A stretch of 64,000 nt of DNA, from sequence record NC_061421.1, one strand, 5' to 3'. The notes beneath the pieces are model-generated. The model was not told the DNA's origin. It did no database searches and saw nothing but the letters and a program-made list of their open reading frames with translations. Made by a program: the position numbers and the translations under genes. Shown piece after piece: positions 1-9,280 of the stretch (its first letter is position 1; the number at the start of each line of letters is the position of its first letter).

Positions 1-494
1 TTCTCGACTAACCATGCCCGTAAAAAGGCTATAGGCAGGTCGTCTGGGTGAGACGCATTGTCCAGGATATCGGCGATTTTTACCGCCCAGATAAAAGGGT
101 CGTCAGAGCCAATCAACCTCAGATTTTCTAATGTTGTTCTATTACAGCGATTCGCCTTGATATATTCTTTCGTATAGACATCCGTCACCCCATCCACAAT
201 ATGGATGGTTCGATTTAGTAACTTTGAAAATTGGAAACTGATGTTATCGAAAGAGAAAATAGTATAGCGTAAATCCTCCAGTGACAATTCCGTGTCTTCA
301 ACAACGTCATGGAGAAGGCCCGCACAAACAACTTCTGCTGGAAATTGGTATGCTTTTAAAAGTTCACTTACTTTGAAAGGGTGAATGTAATAAGGTTTAT
401 CACTTCCTTTTCTCTTTTGTCCAGTGGCACCATGGGCAACCATTGCCACGATATTGGCCAGCCGATAAAGTTTTTCTTCATTCGTAGCGTTCAT
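1..494 (-). CDS. HD-domain hydrolase, RelA/SpoT hydrolase (Mesh1/SAH)-like; 3' end runs off the window
   Basis: Not in ORF track; hand translation MNATNEEKLYRLANIVAMVAHGATGQKRKGSDKPYYIHPFKV...AGLLHDVVEDT...VKIADILDN; AH-GQ-RK...PY-HP and HDVVEDT motifs. Confidence 0.85.
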   Translation of the reverse strand, partial: MNATNEEKLYRLANIVAMVAHGATGQKRKGSDKPYYIHPFKVSELLKAYQFPAEVVCAGLLHDVVEDTELSLEDLRYTIFSFDNISFQFSKLLNRTIHIVDGVTDVYTKEYIKANRCNRTTLENLRLIGSDDPFIWAVKIADILDNASHPDDLPIAFLRAWLVE

Positions 495-525
495 GTGCCA
501 CCTTAATAGATTGGGTTACATTAGA

Positions 526-533
526 GTGATATA
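526..533 (-). promoter_or_regulatory. Putative early promoter motif TATATCAC
   Basis: Intergenic, 32 nt upstream of the HD gene; recurs 7 times in the same orientation; resembles phiKZ early consensus TATATTAC. Confidence 0.65.
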
Positions 534-566
534 GTCTTCAAATAAATTCCGTTCACCGTAAAATAG

Positions 567-597
567 AAAGAGGAGAGGGAAACCCCTCTCCTCTTTT
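567..597. terminator. Intrinsic terminator hairpin
   Basis: AAAGAGGAGAGGG-aaac-CCCTCTCCTCTTT just after the stop of 602..1225. Confidence 0.75.
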
Positions 598-601
598 ATC
601 G

Positions 602-1225
602 TCAATAAATTCGAACTTCGTAAACACCCTGCTGAACAAAGGTAATTCCCACACCCAAGTTCGCTGGCCAGTTCACCAAGATCTTGCCCGGTGTCGCTTC
701 ATTGGCGACGATTGCCGATGACATCTCGATAGCATCTGAGGCGTTACCTTTGGCAAGTACATATTCACCGTAAACGTTAGGGTACGACACATTCAAAACA
801 ATAATACGGTGGTAACCGGTAGTCCCGATAAGCCGTGACGGAATCGTGATGCTTTCGTTGGCGGTAGCAGTGTAGCGGAATAATACGCCAGTCGCCGCAT
901 TATTGACAGGAAGAGAAACTGCCACTCCAGAACTGTTCATGATCTGAGACAGTGTACTCCCGTCAAACAAAAAGATGTTTGCCGCTGTTTTGGTGTAATC
1001 CGACCAAATCAGTGCGTAATCACCCGCCTTAAGATTCGCCAAAGCGGTCGCACTGTCCGTATAAACGGTAGGGTTAGCCATAACCATACGAAGCACGGCC
1101 ACTGAGACCGCCTGTGTACTTTCGTCCCCGTTTACCAATGAAGTCGAGAAAGGAATGATATCCTTCTCGGCTATGGTGTTGACACGGGTAAGTTCGGAGA
1201 TCTTTACCGAGATATCTTCTGCCAT
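602..1225 (-). CDS. Tail-fibre/spike-related protein with N-terminal anchor module
   Basis: N-terminus (KISEL...IPFS...LR...VYTDSATALA) aligns by eye with the N-terminus of tailspike 9771..12416. Confidence 0.55.
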   Translation of the reverse strand: MAEDISVKISELTRVNTIAEKDIIPFSTSLVNGDESTQAVSVAVLRMVMANPTVYTDSATALANLKAGDYALIWSDYTKTAANIFLFDGSTLSQIMNSSGVAVSLPVNNAATGVLFRYTATANESITIPSRLIGTTGYHRIIVLNVSYPNVYGEYVLAKGNASDAIEMSSAIVANEATPGKILVNWPANLGVGITFVQQGVYEVRIY

Positions 1226-1280
1226 GTTAAAGTTCCTTAGGAATAAAACGAAGAGTTAACATAGCAACTCAGTCGTGGTA

Positions 1281-2555
1281 TTACGCCGGATCCGGGTTAG
1301 GGATATTGACGTCACTGATACCCACCGCTACATCGGGATTAGGTTCAACGCTGTCATTTTGCTTCCTTTCGATTCGTAATTTCTCGGGGTGTTTCAGATT
1401 AAAACGACGCCGCATTTGGTAGAGATAATTGTTATCGTCGTCATCGCCGATAAATTTGATTTCATACCCAACCCGGTCAAAATAACTGTAGGTATCAGAG
1501 CGACTGTTTTTACGTTCTAATCCAACAACGACTTTCCCTTTAAACCGCTTATAGTCTTCCGTCCAACTCTGGAAATGTTTTGTTGGGAAACAGGGAGTTG
1601 AGAAGCTGATCTCGTAAACGGCTCCTCTGAACCAGGTCAGTTTATCGTCAATAAGCTGGGCGTCATTAGGGATCAACGCGATCAACCGCATCAACGGGTA
1701 AATAAGGTCCCGATGGATTGTTTCTCCTCGAAACTCACCACCAACCCTGACGATCTCTTCCCCGTTATCGTAGCCATCGGACCAGGTTGCGTTATCAAGG
1801 CTCCTGATCGCTTTCTGCCGAGTCTTTGAATCGAATTGACCCATCAGCTTAATGTAATGAAGAAACGTCTCTGTGAGCATATCACAGAGCGTAGGGTCGA
1901 TGAAAAATGATTCCGGTCGGATGTAATTTCCTTCAACGAAACCCGCTCCGGAACGAAGATACCTCAACTCAATAAACGCTTCGACGTGCTGCGGATTAAT
2001 TTCAATAGTTGCTGCGTTGTCGAGATAAAAATGTTTCTCCGGTTTATCGGGCTCACTCCACGGGAAGGTAATTTCGGTAGAGGAATAATAGTTGTGATAA
2101 CCAATAAACTCGCCACTAAAACTACTCGGGTGGTAAAATACCCGACCGTCGTTATAACGCGCTATTCCGTCGTCGTCTAAAAACAGCGCACCACAACGCT
2201 TATTTTGTTTATTCCCATACCCGTGATCAACCCACTCTTCCGGTTCCCCGGTCAATGGAGTCAGCGGAGAAAAGCTGAGCAGTTTGATAAGAATATCCAA
2301 CACCCGGGCACGTTCAGTTGCCTCGTCAATGCGAGAAAATAACAACTGACTGAATCCGTAAAGGAGAGAATCTTTCTCTTCGATAGGGGAAAGGTTTTCT
2401 TTCCAATGACGCATGGAACCAATTAAACAACTAGCGCTTCCGCCGGAGTGACCCTGCTCGTCCCAGATCTCGTAACACTCTCTTAAGAGGTCACAGGTTT
2501 CCGCGTCTAATTTGGCGAAAATGAATTCCACTTCGAAATGACTTTTCAAACTCAT
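1281..2555 (-). CDS. Hypothetical protein (PLTG-PEEW...NKRC motif)
   Basis: 424-aa ORF; motif shared with 4838..5527. Confidence 0.7.
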   Translation of the reverse strand: MSLKSHFEVEFIFAKLDAETCDLLRECYEIWDEQGHSGGSASCLIGSMRHWKENLSPIEEKDSLLYGFSQLLFSRIDEATERARVLDILIKLLSFSPLTPLTGEPEEWVDHGYGNKQNKRCGALFLDDDGIARYNDGRVFYHPSSFSGEFIGYHNYYSSTEITFPWSEPDKPEKHFYLDNAATIEINPQHVEAFIELRYLRSGAGFVEGNYIRPESFFIDPTLCDMLTETFLHYIKLMGQFDSKTRQKAIRSLDNATWSDGYDNGEEIVRVGGEFRGETIHRDLIYPLMRLIALIPNDAQLIDDKLTWFRGAVYEISFSTPCFPTKHFQSWTEDYKRFKGKVVVGLERKNSRSDTYSYFDRVGYEIKFIGDDDDNNYLYQMRRRFNLKHPEKLRIERKQNDSVEPNPDVAVGISDVNIPNPDPA

Positions 2556-2743
2556 GGTTTTGATTTCCTATTGGCTTTGTTTTCGATTAGTAATAGTATT
2601 TAAAGCTGTAGTCTGTATGCGTTTAAACGCTGTTCTTCTTATTTTCAAAACAAATAGATACCGCGTATTTTTTTCTGGGTTCTCGGCCTGGTATTTTATG
2701 TTACCGTAACGTATCAAACACTTTGCAAAGGCTAAAATAAAAA

Positions 2744-4039
2744 ATGAAACATACACGCAATGTTCTTAAGGCGCTCGCATCAAAACCTTCTTTAGAGGCC
2801 CAGGCTTTCGAGGCTTTACAAGAAGGGCAGAGTGCCGACCTCAGCTTCCTGGCACTGGAAGCTTATGAACTCACTGATGAAGTCGCCGATCAGCTTGACG
2901 AAGCTGGTGAACTGGAAGAGAAAACAGAACGCGGTGAAGTACTTAAAGATTTCATCCAATCCGAAATTGCTAATGACGACCGCGTAGCGACCCCTAACGA
3001 AATCGCTTTAATCGAACAAGCCACCGACGCTGTCGTTGACGGCACTGGTGAGACGGTTGAAACCGTCATCCCATCTCTGGAGTCGTTTGAAGTGAAGGGC
3101 GGTGCTGCGCCGTCACTGGAAGCGCTGGGTGGGACAATTTCTGACTTCGCAAAGGGCGCGATTCAGCTGGTTAAGAACGCAGGCGATTCTTTTAAGAAAT
3201 ACCTCAAAAGCCTGTTCTCTCGTCTTGAGGCATTGAAGAACTTAATCGGTGACGTTGAGAAGAAAGCCACCAACGCAGAGTTTGCTGAATCGGTTGAGGT
3301 CTCAGCTGCACTTTCCGTTTCCGCCGCTTGGGACGATAACAGCTTTGCCTCCACATTCGATAAAGCCATTTCCGGAATGGAAGTAATCGCGAAGAAAACT
3401 ACCGAACTGTCTGGTCCCTACGCTCAAAAACTGCTGACTAAACACGACGAGTTTGTCAACCTGGTTCAGAAAACGTTTGACGGGGCATTAGGGCGCAGCG
3501 ATAAAAAATCCCTCGAGCGTTCCGATCTGGCGAAGAAATTTATCAACAACGCCGAAGCACTGGCTGCGCTGTTCCAGAATACCCTTTCTGACGGAAAAGA
3601 GTTCGGCGGGCTGTATGTCTCTAATGGCGAGAAATTAAAAAGTTCCGATGATTTCAGCGCTGTATCTAAATCGATCGTTAAATGCGTACCGCAGGTTTTC
3701 CGTGCTGGTAATGTCGATGGTCGTTCTTTCACCATGACCGGCGTGAACAAAGAGTCTGTACGTCGCCTGTGTTCGATTCTGAAGAACTCTACCGGCAGCC
3801 TGTCCAGAACTAAAGCAACCGGCACTATGTTTAATGTCGATTTCTTTACGACGCAGAACGATTTTGGTTTAGTGAGTTCAATCGTCTTTGGTATCAGCTC
3901 CACCCAATTCCAGATGGCGATTAACCGCGTGAACCGTGCGTACATTTCCGGCTATACTCGCCCGTTGATGCAGTACATCAACCACTACTTCCGTGTAGCG
4001 GAAGCGCAGCTGGCGATCGCCAAAAAAGCCATGAAATAA
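2744..4039 (+). CDS. Virion head protein, phiKZ-type proteolytically processed family
   Basis: Acidic N-terminal ~126 aa with SLE/ALE sites (aa 16-18, 37-39, 111-113, 124-126) followed by an amphipathic helix; strong codon bias. Confidence 0.7.
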   Translation: MKHTRNVLKALASKPSLEAQAFEALQEGQSADLSFLALEAYELTDEVADQLDEAGELEEKTERGEVLKDFIQSEIANDDRVATPNEIALIEQATDAVVDGTGETVETVIPSLESFEVKGGAAPSLEALGGTISDFAKGAIQLVKNAGDSFKKYLKSLFSRLEALKNLIGDVEKKATNAEFAESVEVSAALSVSAAWDDNSFASTFDKAISGMEVIAKKTTELSGPYAQKLLTKHDEFVNLVQKTFDGALGRSDKKSLERSDLAKKFINNAEALAALFQNTLSDGKEFGGLYVSNGEKLKSSDDFSAVSKSIVKCVPQVFRAGNVDGRSFTMTGVNKESVRRLCSILKNSTGSLSRTKATGTMFNVDFFTTQNDFGLVSSIVFGISSTQFQMAINRVNRAYISGYTRPLMQYINHYFRVAEAQLAIAKKAMK

Positions 4040-4056
4040 AAAATAAAAGAAAACAC

Positions 4057-4089
4057 TTTCCTCTCTCCGCTTTTGGCGGAGAGAGGAAA
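4057..4089. terminator. Bidirectional terminator
   Basis: 14-bp stem TTTCCTCTCTCCGC / GCGGAGAGAGGAAA between convergent genes. Confidence 0.8.
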
Positions 4090-4094
4090 TATGC

Positions 4095-4460
4095 TTATTT
4101 GATAATTTTCCCGTTAAGGAGGTTTACAAGGAACAAGCGGTAGTCGGCATCTTCGACTTCAGGGAGAATTTCGCCTTGAACCGCCGCCGCTACGCTCCGG
4201 TATTTCGTGATGTCAATATCGACAACGTCCTTTCCTACTTGACTATCCGAATACCCGATGATCGTAGACTCGATTTCTTTTACAATAACTTCTAAAGGTA
4301 AATCAAGTTCACGCCATCTGCCTTTAGCACCGTCGTAAATATTCTGCAAAGTAGCAGACTCACTGCTGTTAGAGAAAAGTAGTTTGGTGAAAAAACCCAA
4401 AACCTTTTTACTCTGTATTAGCCGCGCAAACAGTACCGAATCATAATCTTTCAGGTACAT
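4095..4460 (-). CDS. Hypothetical protein
   Basis: 121-aa ORF with SD, in operon. Confidence 0.65.
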   Translation of the reverse strand: MYLKDYDSVLFARLIQSKKVLGFFTKLLFSNSSESATLQNIYDGAKGRWRELDLPLEVIVKEIESTIIGYSDSQVGKDVVDIDITKYRSVAAAVQGEILPEVEDADYRLFLVNLLNGKIIK

Positions 4461-4481
4461 CTTTACTCTCCTTTATTCCCG

Positions 4482-4835
4482 CTAATCGGTTTCTTTCACA
4501 AAATACTGAGGGTTAGCTTGGAGGAACGACTCCATTAGTATTACTGCCTTGCCCAAGTCATCGCTGACTGAAAGTAAATTAGTCGATGCAACGTAACCTT
4601 TTGTCCAGCGTGTCGGTTGTTCCTTCATGTAATGAACTTCACAACGAAGTAGAAAAAAGAGCCCTCCGTTAAATTTGGCATCGCCGTCGATAATGTTTTC
4701 AGTCACACCGTAACTGGACCCTACGATAGAAATCCAATTTTTCATCGATTCTTTGGTCTTAAATTTCATGACATCGATGTCTTGAATACGGCTGACCTTT
4801 TTACTCAGCTGGTTTAATGCCTCAGTGATATTCAT
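4482..4835 (-). CDS. Hypothetical protein
   Basis: 117-aa ORF, tightly packed. Confidence 0.65.
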   Translation of the reverse strand: MNITEALNQLSKKVSRIQDIDVMKFKTKESMKNWISIVGSSYGVTENIIDGDAKFNGGLFFLLRCEVHYMKEQPTRWTKGYVASTNLLSVSDDLGKAVILMESFLQANPQYFVKETD

Positions 4836-4837
4836 TA

Positions 4838-5527
4838 TTACAGATCCAAAAGTCGTTTGGTTAATGCGCGGTGTTCTTCAACTTCTTTCTGGAAATTTGA
4901 GCGCTGTAACGCTAACCAACTACTCGCATACTCCGGGTATTGGAGTAAAGTTGATTCAGCAATACGATCTTCAACAGAACCTTTTCCATCCCAAGGCTCT
5001 GCATAGTAGAAAACTTTGTGGTCATCGATCAAGGGGTTAATAGGAAACTCATCGCGGCGAACCATGCGCGTTGAGGCGTAACCTTGCCAATAGGCATATT
5101 TCGGTTTCGGGAAATTATGAACGGCGTCGGTTTTGTAAATAGGCCCTTCGAGTTCATAGCGGATCATCCGATGACAACCCCGATGGTGGTAGTGCTTGTA
5201 ATATTCAGACCACTTCCAATCAGTAGGGTTATTAGTTAAAGGCCGCGGGGATTGCCCGGTGGCCAGTAATTCTACCGCCCGCATAACCTTAGGAGAGAGT
5301 TCCTTTAAACCCGCTTTCTTTTGCGCTAGCAGAATAGATTGCATCAACGGAAAACGGGAAGGGTCATCGGTCAAATCGCGAGTGGAAAATGATTCCATGA
5401 AAGAACGAAATTGACTAAAAATGACCGATAATAATTTGACTTGAAACTGCGGTGTGATTTCATGAATAAATTGTTTTTCATTTTCAGTTAAATCCGCACC
5501 GTCGAGATAAATTTTATTCTTCGCCAT
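4838..5527 (-). CDS. Hypothetical protein (PLTNNPTDW...HRGC motif)
   Basis: Start moved to MAKNK (GGAG SD); motif shared with 1281..2555. Confidence 0.65.
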   Translation of the reverse strand: MAKNKIYLDGADLTENEKQFIHEITPQFQVKLLSVIFSQFRSFMESFSTRDLTDDPSRFPLMQSILLAQKKAGLKELSPKVMRAVELLATGQSPRPLTNNPTDWKWSEYYKHYHHRGCHRMIRYELEGPIYKTDAVHNFPKPKYAYWQGYASTRMVRRDEFPINPLIDDHKVFYYAEPWDGKGSVEDRIAESTLLQYPEYASSWLALQRSNFQKEVEEHRALTKRLLDL

Positions 5528-5588
5528 TTTGTTCACTCCCAATTGATAAAGAGAATAAATGGACGGGAACGACCCGTCCATATCATGT

Positions 5589-6161
5589 TTAACGCCCGTT
5601 AAAAATCTTTCGTGTAAAATCACGCTCTACGTCGACCGTAGTGAGGCCGTAAGCACAAAGGATACCTTGGATATAACCTAACCATCTGTGCTTCTTAGAG
5701 AGGCTCTGAAGAAGGTCATTTTCCAGCGTCTCTAACATCCCCAGCAGATGCTCCGCGTTAAGATAAGGTGTAGTAGGTAAAGCGCCACCTTTCTCTTTAA
5801 TCAGTGAACGATACCGGTTAAGGATGGTTGGGTAAAACGCCTTTGGTACCAGATGAAAATCGCTGAGACTCCCGTGTAACATACAGTCGGTGTTAATGGG
5901 AGTATCTTCTGGAACGTAATCTGTTTCAGGTTCATTCTCGTGGAAATAGGCAATCTCTGATGCTGGGTGTGCCTCCACGACCAGTGTAATAGGAGTCGGA
6001 GTTTCTGAGTTCCCTACACCATCCAGAAGGGTAAGGAATTGATGCGCCATTAGTTCACACGCTTCCTCGACCGTCCCAGTATTACGAGCCACGTAACGAG
6101 CAATTCCTTTCACGTCAGAAAGGAATCCTTCCAATAACGCTTCTTTGGTTAATTCAGGCAT
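5589..6161 (-). CDS. Hypothetical phage protein (C-terminal KKHRWLGYIQG domain)
   Basis: 190-aa ORF; motif common in phage proteins. Confidence 0.7.
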   Translation of the reverse strand: MPELTKEALLEGFLSDVKGIARYVARNTGTVEEACELMAHQFLTLLDGVGNSETPTPITLVVEAHPASEIAYFHENEPETDYVPEDTPINTDCMLHGSLSDFHLVPKAFYPTILNRYRSLIKEKGGALPTTPYLNAEHLLGMLETLENDLLQSLSKKHRWLGYIQGILCAYGLTTVDVERDFTRKIFNGR

Positions 6162-6162
6162 C

Positions 6163-6426
6163 TTAGTACCTCATCAGAAAGAGTGACCATGAACCCATCG
6201 AAAGGGAAAGAAGCAAGTAAAAATACGCCCACTTCACATTCTTTAGATTTTCTTTTCTCATTTCCCGGTGAAAAATAAAGTAGAATAAGAAACTTAAAAG
6301 TACACCAATAACCAACACGGACAACGCAAGGGTTTTTGGAATAAAACCGTCTGTATTTAAACCAACCATCGCCCCCACAGTGTTAGTAATAATAAATAAA
6401 TAAAACATAAGGTTAAGTGACTTCAT
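6163..6426 (-). CDS. Small membrane protein
   Basis: Three hydrophobic segments; start moved to MKSLNL, directly after tk stop. Confidence 0.65.
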   Translation of the reverse strand: MKSLNLMFYLFIITNTVGAMVGLNTDGFIPKTLALSVLVIGVLLSFLFYFIFHREMRKENLKNVKWAYFYLLLSLSMGSWSLFLMRY

Positions 6427-6427
6427 G

Positions 6428-7018
6428 TTATTTTTTATCCACCTCTGATTCACTGGGTTGTTGTAACGCCCAATGTTTCGAACACACGGAAATATAGCTG
6501 TCGTTCCCGCCAATTTGTACCTGTGGACCTACAACCACGACTTCACCTTTGTCGTTGAGCCGTAAAACGAAACGGGCTTTCTTTCCACACCAACAAACGG
6601 TGGGGATTTCCTCTAGCTTATCGGCAATCGCTAGAAGAATAGCCGATGCAGGAAACGCTTCTCGCTGAAAGTCTGTCCGCAATCCATAACACAGAACAGT
6701 GACATCGTTAAGGTCAGCAAGCGACCGCAATTCGTAAACATGGAAGGGTTCCAGGAATTGCGCTTCATCGACTAAAATAACCTTAGGATATTGGCGGTCT
6801 TTGTAGATGTCCGTTAAAAACGAAGTGTTCTTATCGAGCATAACACAATCGCCAGATAACCCGATACGAGAACTCACTTTTCCTTTCTCGTCCCGCGTAT
6901 CGATAGCCGGTTTGAAAATATCAACCTCCATTCCGCGCTCACGATAATTATACGCAGTTTGTAGGAGATTAGAAGACTTCGAGGAATTCATAGCGCCGAA
7001 ACGATAAATTAAAGCCAT
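6428..7018 (-). CDS. tk: Thymidine kinase
   Basis: GAMNSSKS P-loop, FKPAIDTR, ILVDEAQF, YGLRTDF, Zn-site CWCG...CSKH. Confidence 0.97.
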   Translation of the reverse strand: MALIYRFGAMNSSKSSNLLQTAYNYRERGMEVDIFKPAIDTRDEKGKVSSRIGLSGDCVMLDKNTSFLTDIYKDRQYPKVILVDEAQFLEPFHVYELRSLADLNDVTVLCYGLRTDFQREAFPASAILLAIADKLEEIPTVCWCGKKARFVLRLNDKGEVVVVGPQVQIGGNDSYISVCSKHWALQQPSESEVDKK

Positions 7019-7019
7019 G

Positions 7020-7295
7020 TTACAATCCTAATGTAATTGAGGTTAAAATCACAACCAGTCCGAATAAGACCGCACCCAAATAATACCAGCGACATACGAT
7101 TTCTGTTTTAGGGTTACCATCGTTTTTAACGAGTTGCCGTATACAGAAAAACAACCCAACCGTCCCTATTAAAGCCACTAAAGCAGCCGTGATTGGATTA
7201 GGCTCTATCTGGTGTATTGCCTTAGAGGACGCCGCCACAACGAGGATGACAAAAAACATGACAAATGATAAGTAAGTATTAGGAGCCCATTTCAT
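7020..7295 (-). CDS. Small membrane protein
   Basis: Three hydrophobic segments. Confidence 0.65.
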   Translation of the reverse strand: MKWAPNTYLSFVMFFVILVVAASSKAIHQIEPNPITAALVALIGTVGLFFCIRQLVKNDGNPKTEIVCRWYYLGAVLFGLVVILTSITLGL

Positions 7296-7651
7296 CCTTT
7301 GTTTTTCCCGTATAATTTAGTACATTCCACTAACCAAACCTCAGCAATATTTCTTGCTTCGGTTGTTTCAAATTCAATGATAGGATTCATTGAATCACCC
7401 ATTATCATCAGGCTAGTATCGACGTTTTCCCGCCGGTCCCCGTCAACAAAGCTGCCGATATAGCGAATATTTCTCCACGGAATGAAGAAATTTCTGTTGC
7501 TAGGCACAGTATCCTTCACTGGACCAAGAGAAAGGATCAAACGCGTTTCGTCCGAATCCTCACTTAATTGGAAGAAAAGAGCCATGTCACAAATTGTAAC
7601 TTTCTCTTTTTTTGCAATATGTTGGTATTTTTGAATATCGAAGGGAATCAT
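7292..7651 (-). CDS. Hypothetical protein
   Basis: 119-aa ORF with ATGA overlap. Confidence 0.65.
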   Translation of the reverse strand: MIPFDIQKYQHIAKKEKVTICDMALFFQLSEDSDETRLILSLGPVKDTVPSNRNFFIPWRNIRYIGSFVDGDRRENVDTSLMIMGDSMNPIIEFETTEARNIAEVWLVECTKLYGKNKG

Positions 7652-7678
7652 GAAAAATCCTTATTAGACAAAAGAAAA

Positions 7679-7701
7679 AAAGAGGGACTTGTCCCTCTTT
7701 T
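7679..7701. terminator. Terminator hairpin
   Basis: AAAGAGGGAC-tt-GTCCCTCTTT flanked by A and T tracts. Confidence 0.7.
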
Positions 7702-7704
7702 CTA

Positions 7705-8310
7705 CTAACCGTAGTAATCTACGCATTCAGTTACCCATGCGTGAAAAGCAATAGCCGCGCTCTCTGTTTGGAAAGGGATTTGATGATCGTTAATGAACAC
7801 CGTATTTTCATGGTACGCGACGACATTGACATCTTTCCAACGTACGTAAACGACCGTCCCGTGGGCGACGGTATTATCGATATAGCTAAACTTTTTCTCG
7901 TCAACCTCGTCTTCAACTTCAGAGAAGAATTGGAGGTCTTTTTCCGAGTAGGGCTCTGCATCTTCCCCAATGAAGTATGCAGAAGGAGACGGCATAGGTT
8001 TGGCGTCATCTACAATCCCATAGGTCTTCAACCAAAGATCGGCGATGATAGTTTTCGCCAGCTCTGCACATTGATCTGTAGGGTATTGTAAAATGACCTC
8101 TGCTTCTTCTAGAAATTCGAGTATCACCATCTGAGGAGATTGTAGGGAAATCTCGCGCAGTTCGCTGAAAGGGATAACTTTCAAACTTCCCCGGGTCCGA
8201 ACTGCCAAACCACCTACCCCGAGATTATTGATCAGACCAAGAAGAGAATTAAGTTCAATGTCGCTCAGTTGGATATCGTCAGGAATGTATTTATCGAGAC
8301 TAAAAGCCAT
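7705..8310 (-). CDS. Hypothetical acidic protein
   Basis: Start moved to MAFSLD (AGGGG SD). Confidence 0.65.
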   Translation of the reverse strand: MAFSLDKYIPDDIQLSDIELNSLLGLINNLGVGGLAVRTRGSLKVIPFSELREISLQSPQMVILEFLEEAEVILQYPTDQCAELAKTIIADLWLKTYGIVDDAKPMPSPSAYFIGEDAEPYSEKDLQFFSEVEDEVDEKKFSYIDNTVAHGTVVYVRWKDVNVVAYHENTVFINDHQIPFQTESAAIAFHAWVTECVDYYG

Positions 8311-8314
8311 TACA

Positions 8315-8683
8315 TCACCCCTTATCAAGTGTATAAGTAAATAAGACACGGTACGGAAAAATTTCACTACTCCCGCGCCATTTCCGATTTGGGTCGTTGA
8401 GTTTTATTGTTTCGTTGATACGCTGCCGCAATAAGTTGACCTGCGTTTCCAGAATGTAATTGAAATCGGGTTGATCCCCTCCCCATATCGCCTGACCCTT
8501 GGCTTTTACATCAAGGGTAATGACGCCCTCGATAAAAATACAAGTGAAAAATATTTCAGAGCCAAGAGACCCGGTGCGCGAGCCGTAGTCTGCATCTTTC
8601 GCCAGAAAACCTTCCATGGCGCGAATTAAAAATTCGCAGGTTTCGTTATACGCTTTGGCGCGTAAAAGGGCAGTTGTTGTCAT
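8315..8683 (-). CDS. Hypothetical protein
   Basis: 122-aa ORF with ATGA overlap. Confidence 0.65.
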   Translation of the reverse strand: MTTTALLRAKAYNETCEFLIRAMEGFLAKDADYGSRTGSLGSEIFFTCIFIEGVITLDVKAKGQAIWGGDQPDFNYILETQVNLLRQRINETIKLNDPNRKWRGSSEIFPYRVLFTYTLDKG

Positions 8684-9267
8684 CGTAATTCCCCCATGAC
8701 TTTTTCAAGCCAATCGTAAACCATTTGATGAGATAGATCGTATATGTTGATACAGGGAATTCCCCTGTCCAACGCAATTTTGTACGCGGACCGTGTACCG
8801 CCTTTAGGTAAACCCTCTTTGTCTTGCGGCGCGCAAGCAATGAGAAAAGAAGAGGGGCTTTCACAGTCTTCCCCTAAAATCTGGAAGACATTTCTGATAT
8901 GAAAAACTTTTTGTCCGTCAGTGAGTCTGTCCCATACCGGATGAACGTCTTTGATAATTTCACTTGCCTTATTGATATTTTCAGCAGTGTAATTAAAATG
9001 ATCGTAGCGGTCGGAAACAAAAACGTTGTGTCGTTCAAAGGTTTTCCACGGAAGGAATATTTGCGGGTCACGTATGTAGTCATTATCGCGAAGGGCTTTC
9101 TCGAAGCCTACTTGGTACGCTTGGTCTGCCCCCGGCGCTTTTCCTGACCGCATTGAATAACCCTGCTCACAAATGAAGAAACCGAGTTCCTCACAAAAGG
9201 AAAAATGTGCATGTCCAATATCAGTTGCACCAATAGTGGTGACGTAGGAGAATTCGGCGTTCTTCAT
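8680..9267 (-). CDS. SLOG-fold (DprA/Smf-like) protein
   Basis: MRSGKAPGADQAY and KGGTRSAYKIALDRGIPCIN match the SGGAxGAD...GGT pattern. Confidence 0.6.
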   Translation of the reverse strand: MKNAEFSYVTTIGATDIGHAHFSFCEELGFFICEQGYSMRSGKAPGADQAYQVGFEKALRDNDYIRDPQIFLPWKTFERHNVFVSDRYDHFNYTAENINKASEIIKDVHPVWDRLTDGQKVFHIRNVFQILGEDCESPSSFLIACAPQDKEGLPKGGTRSAYKIALDRGIPCINIYDLSHQMVYDWLEKVMGELR

Positions 9268-9280
9268 CGTGTATTCCTTC

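Noticed and set aside
2568-2756. 62-aa minus-strand ORF
   Set aside because: Occupies an AT-rich divergent promoter region and overlaps the head-gene start; no clear SD
3163-3945. Minus-strand ORFs inside the head protein gene
   Set aside because: Shadow frames of a strongly codon-biased gene
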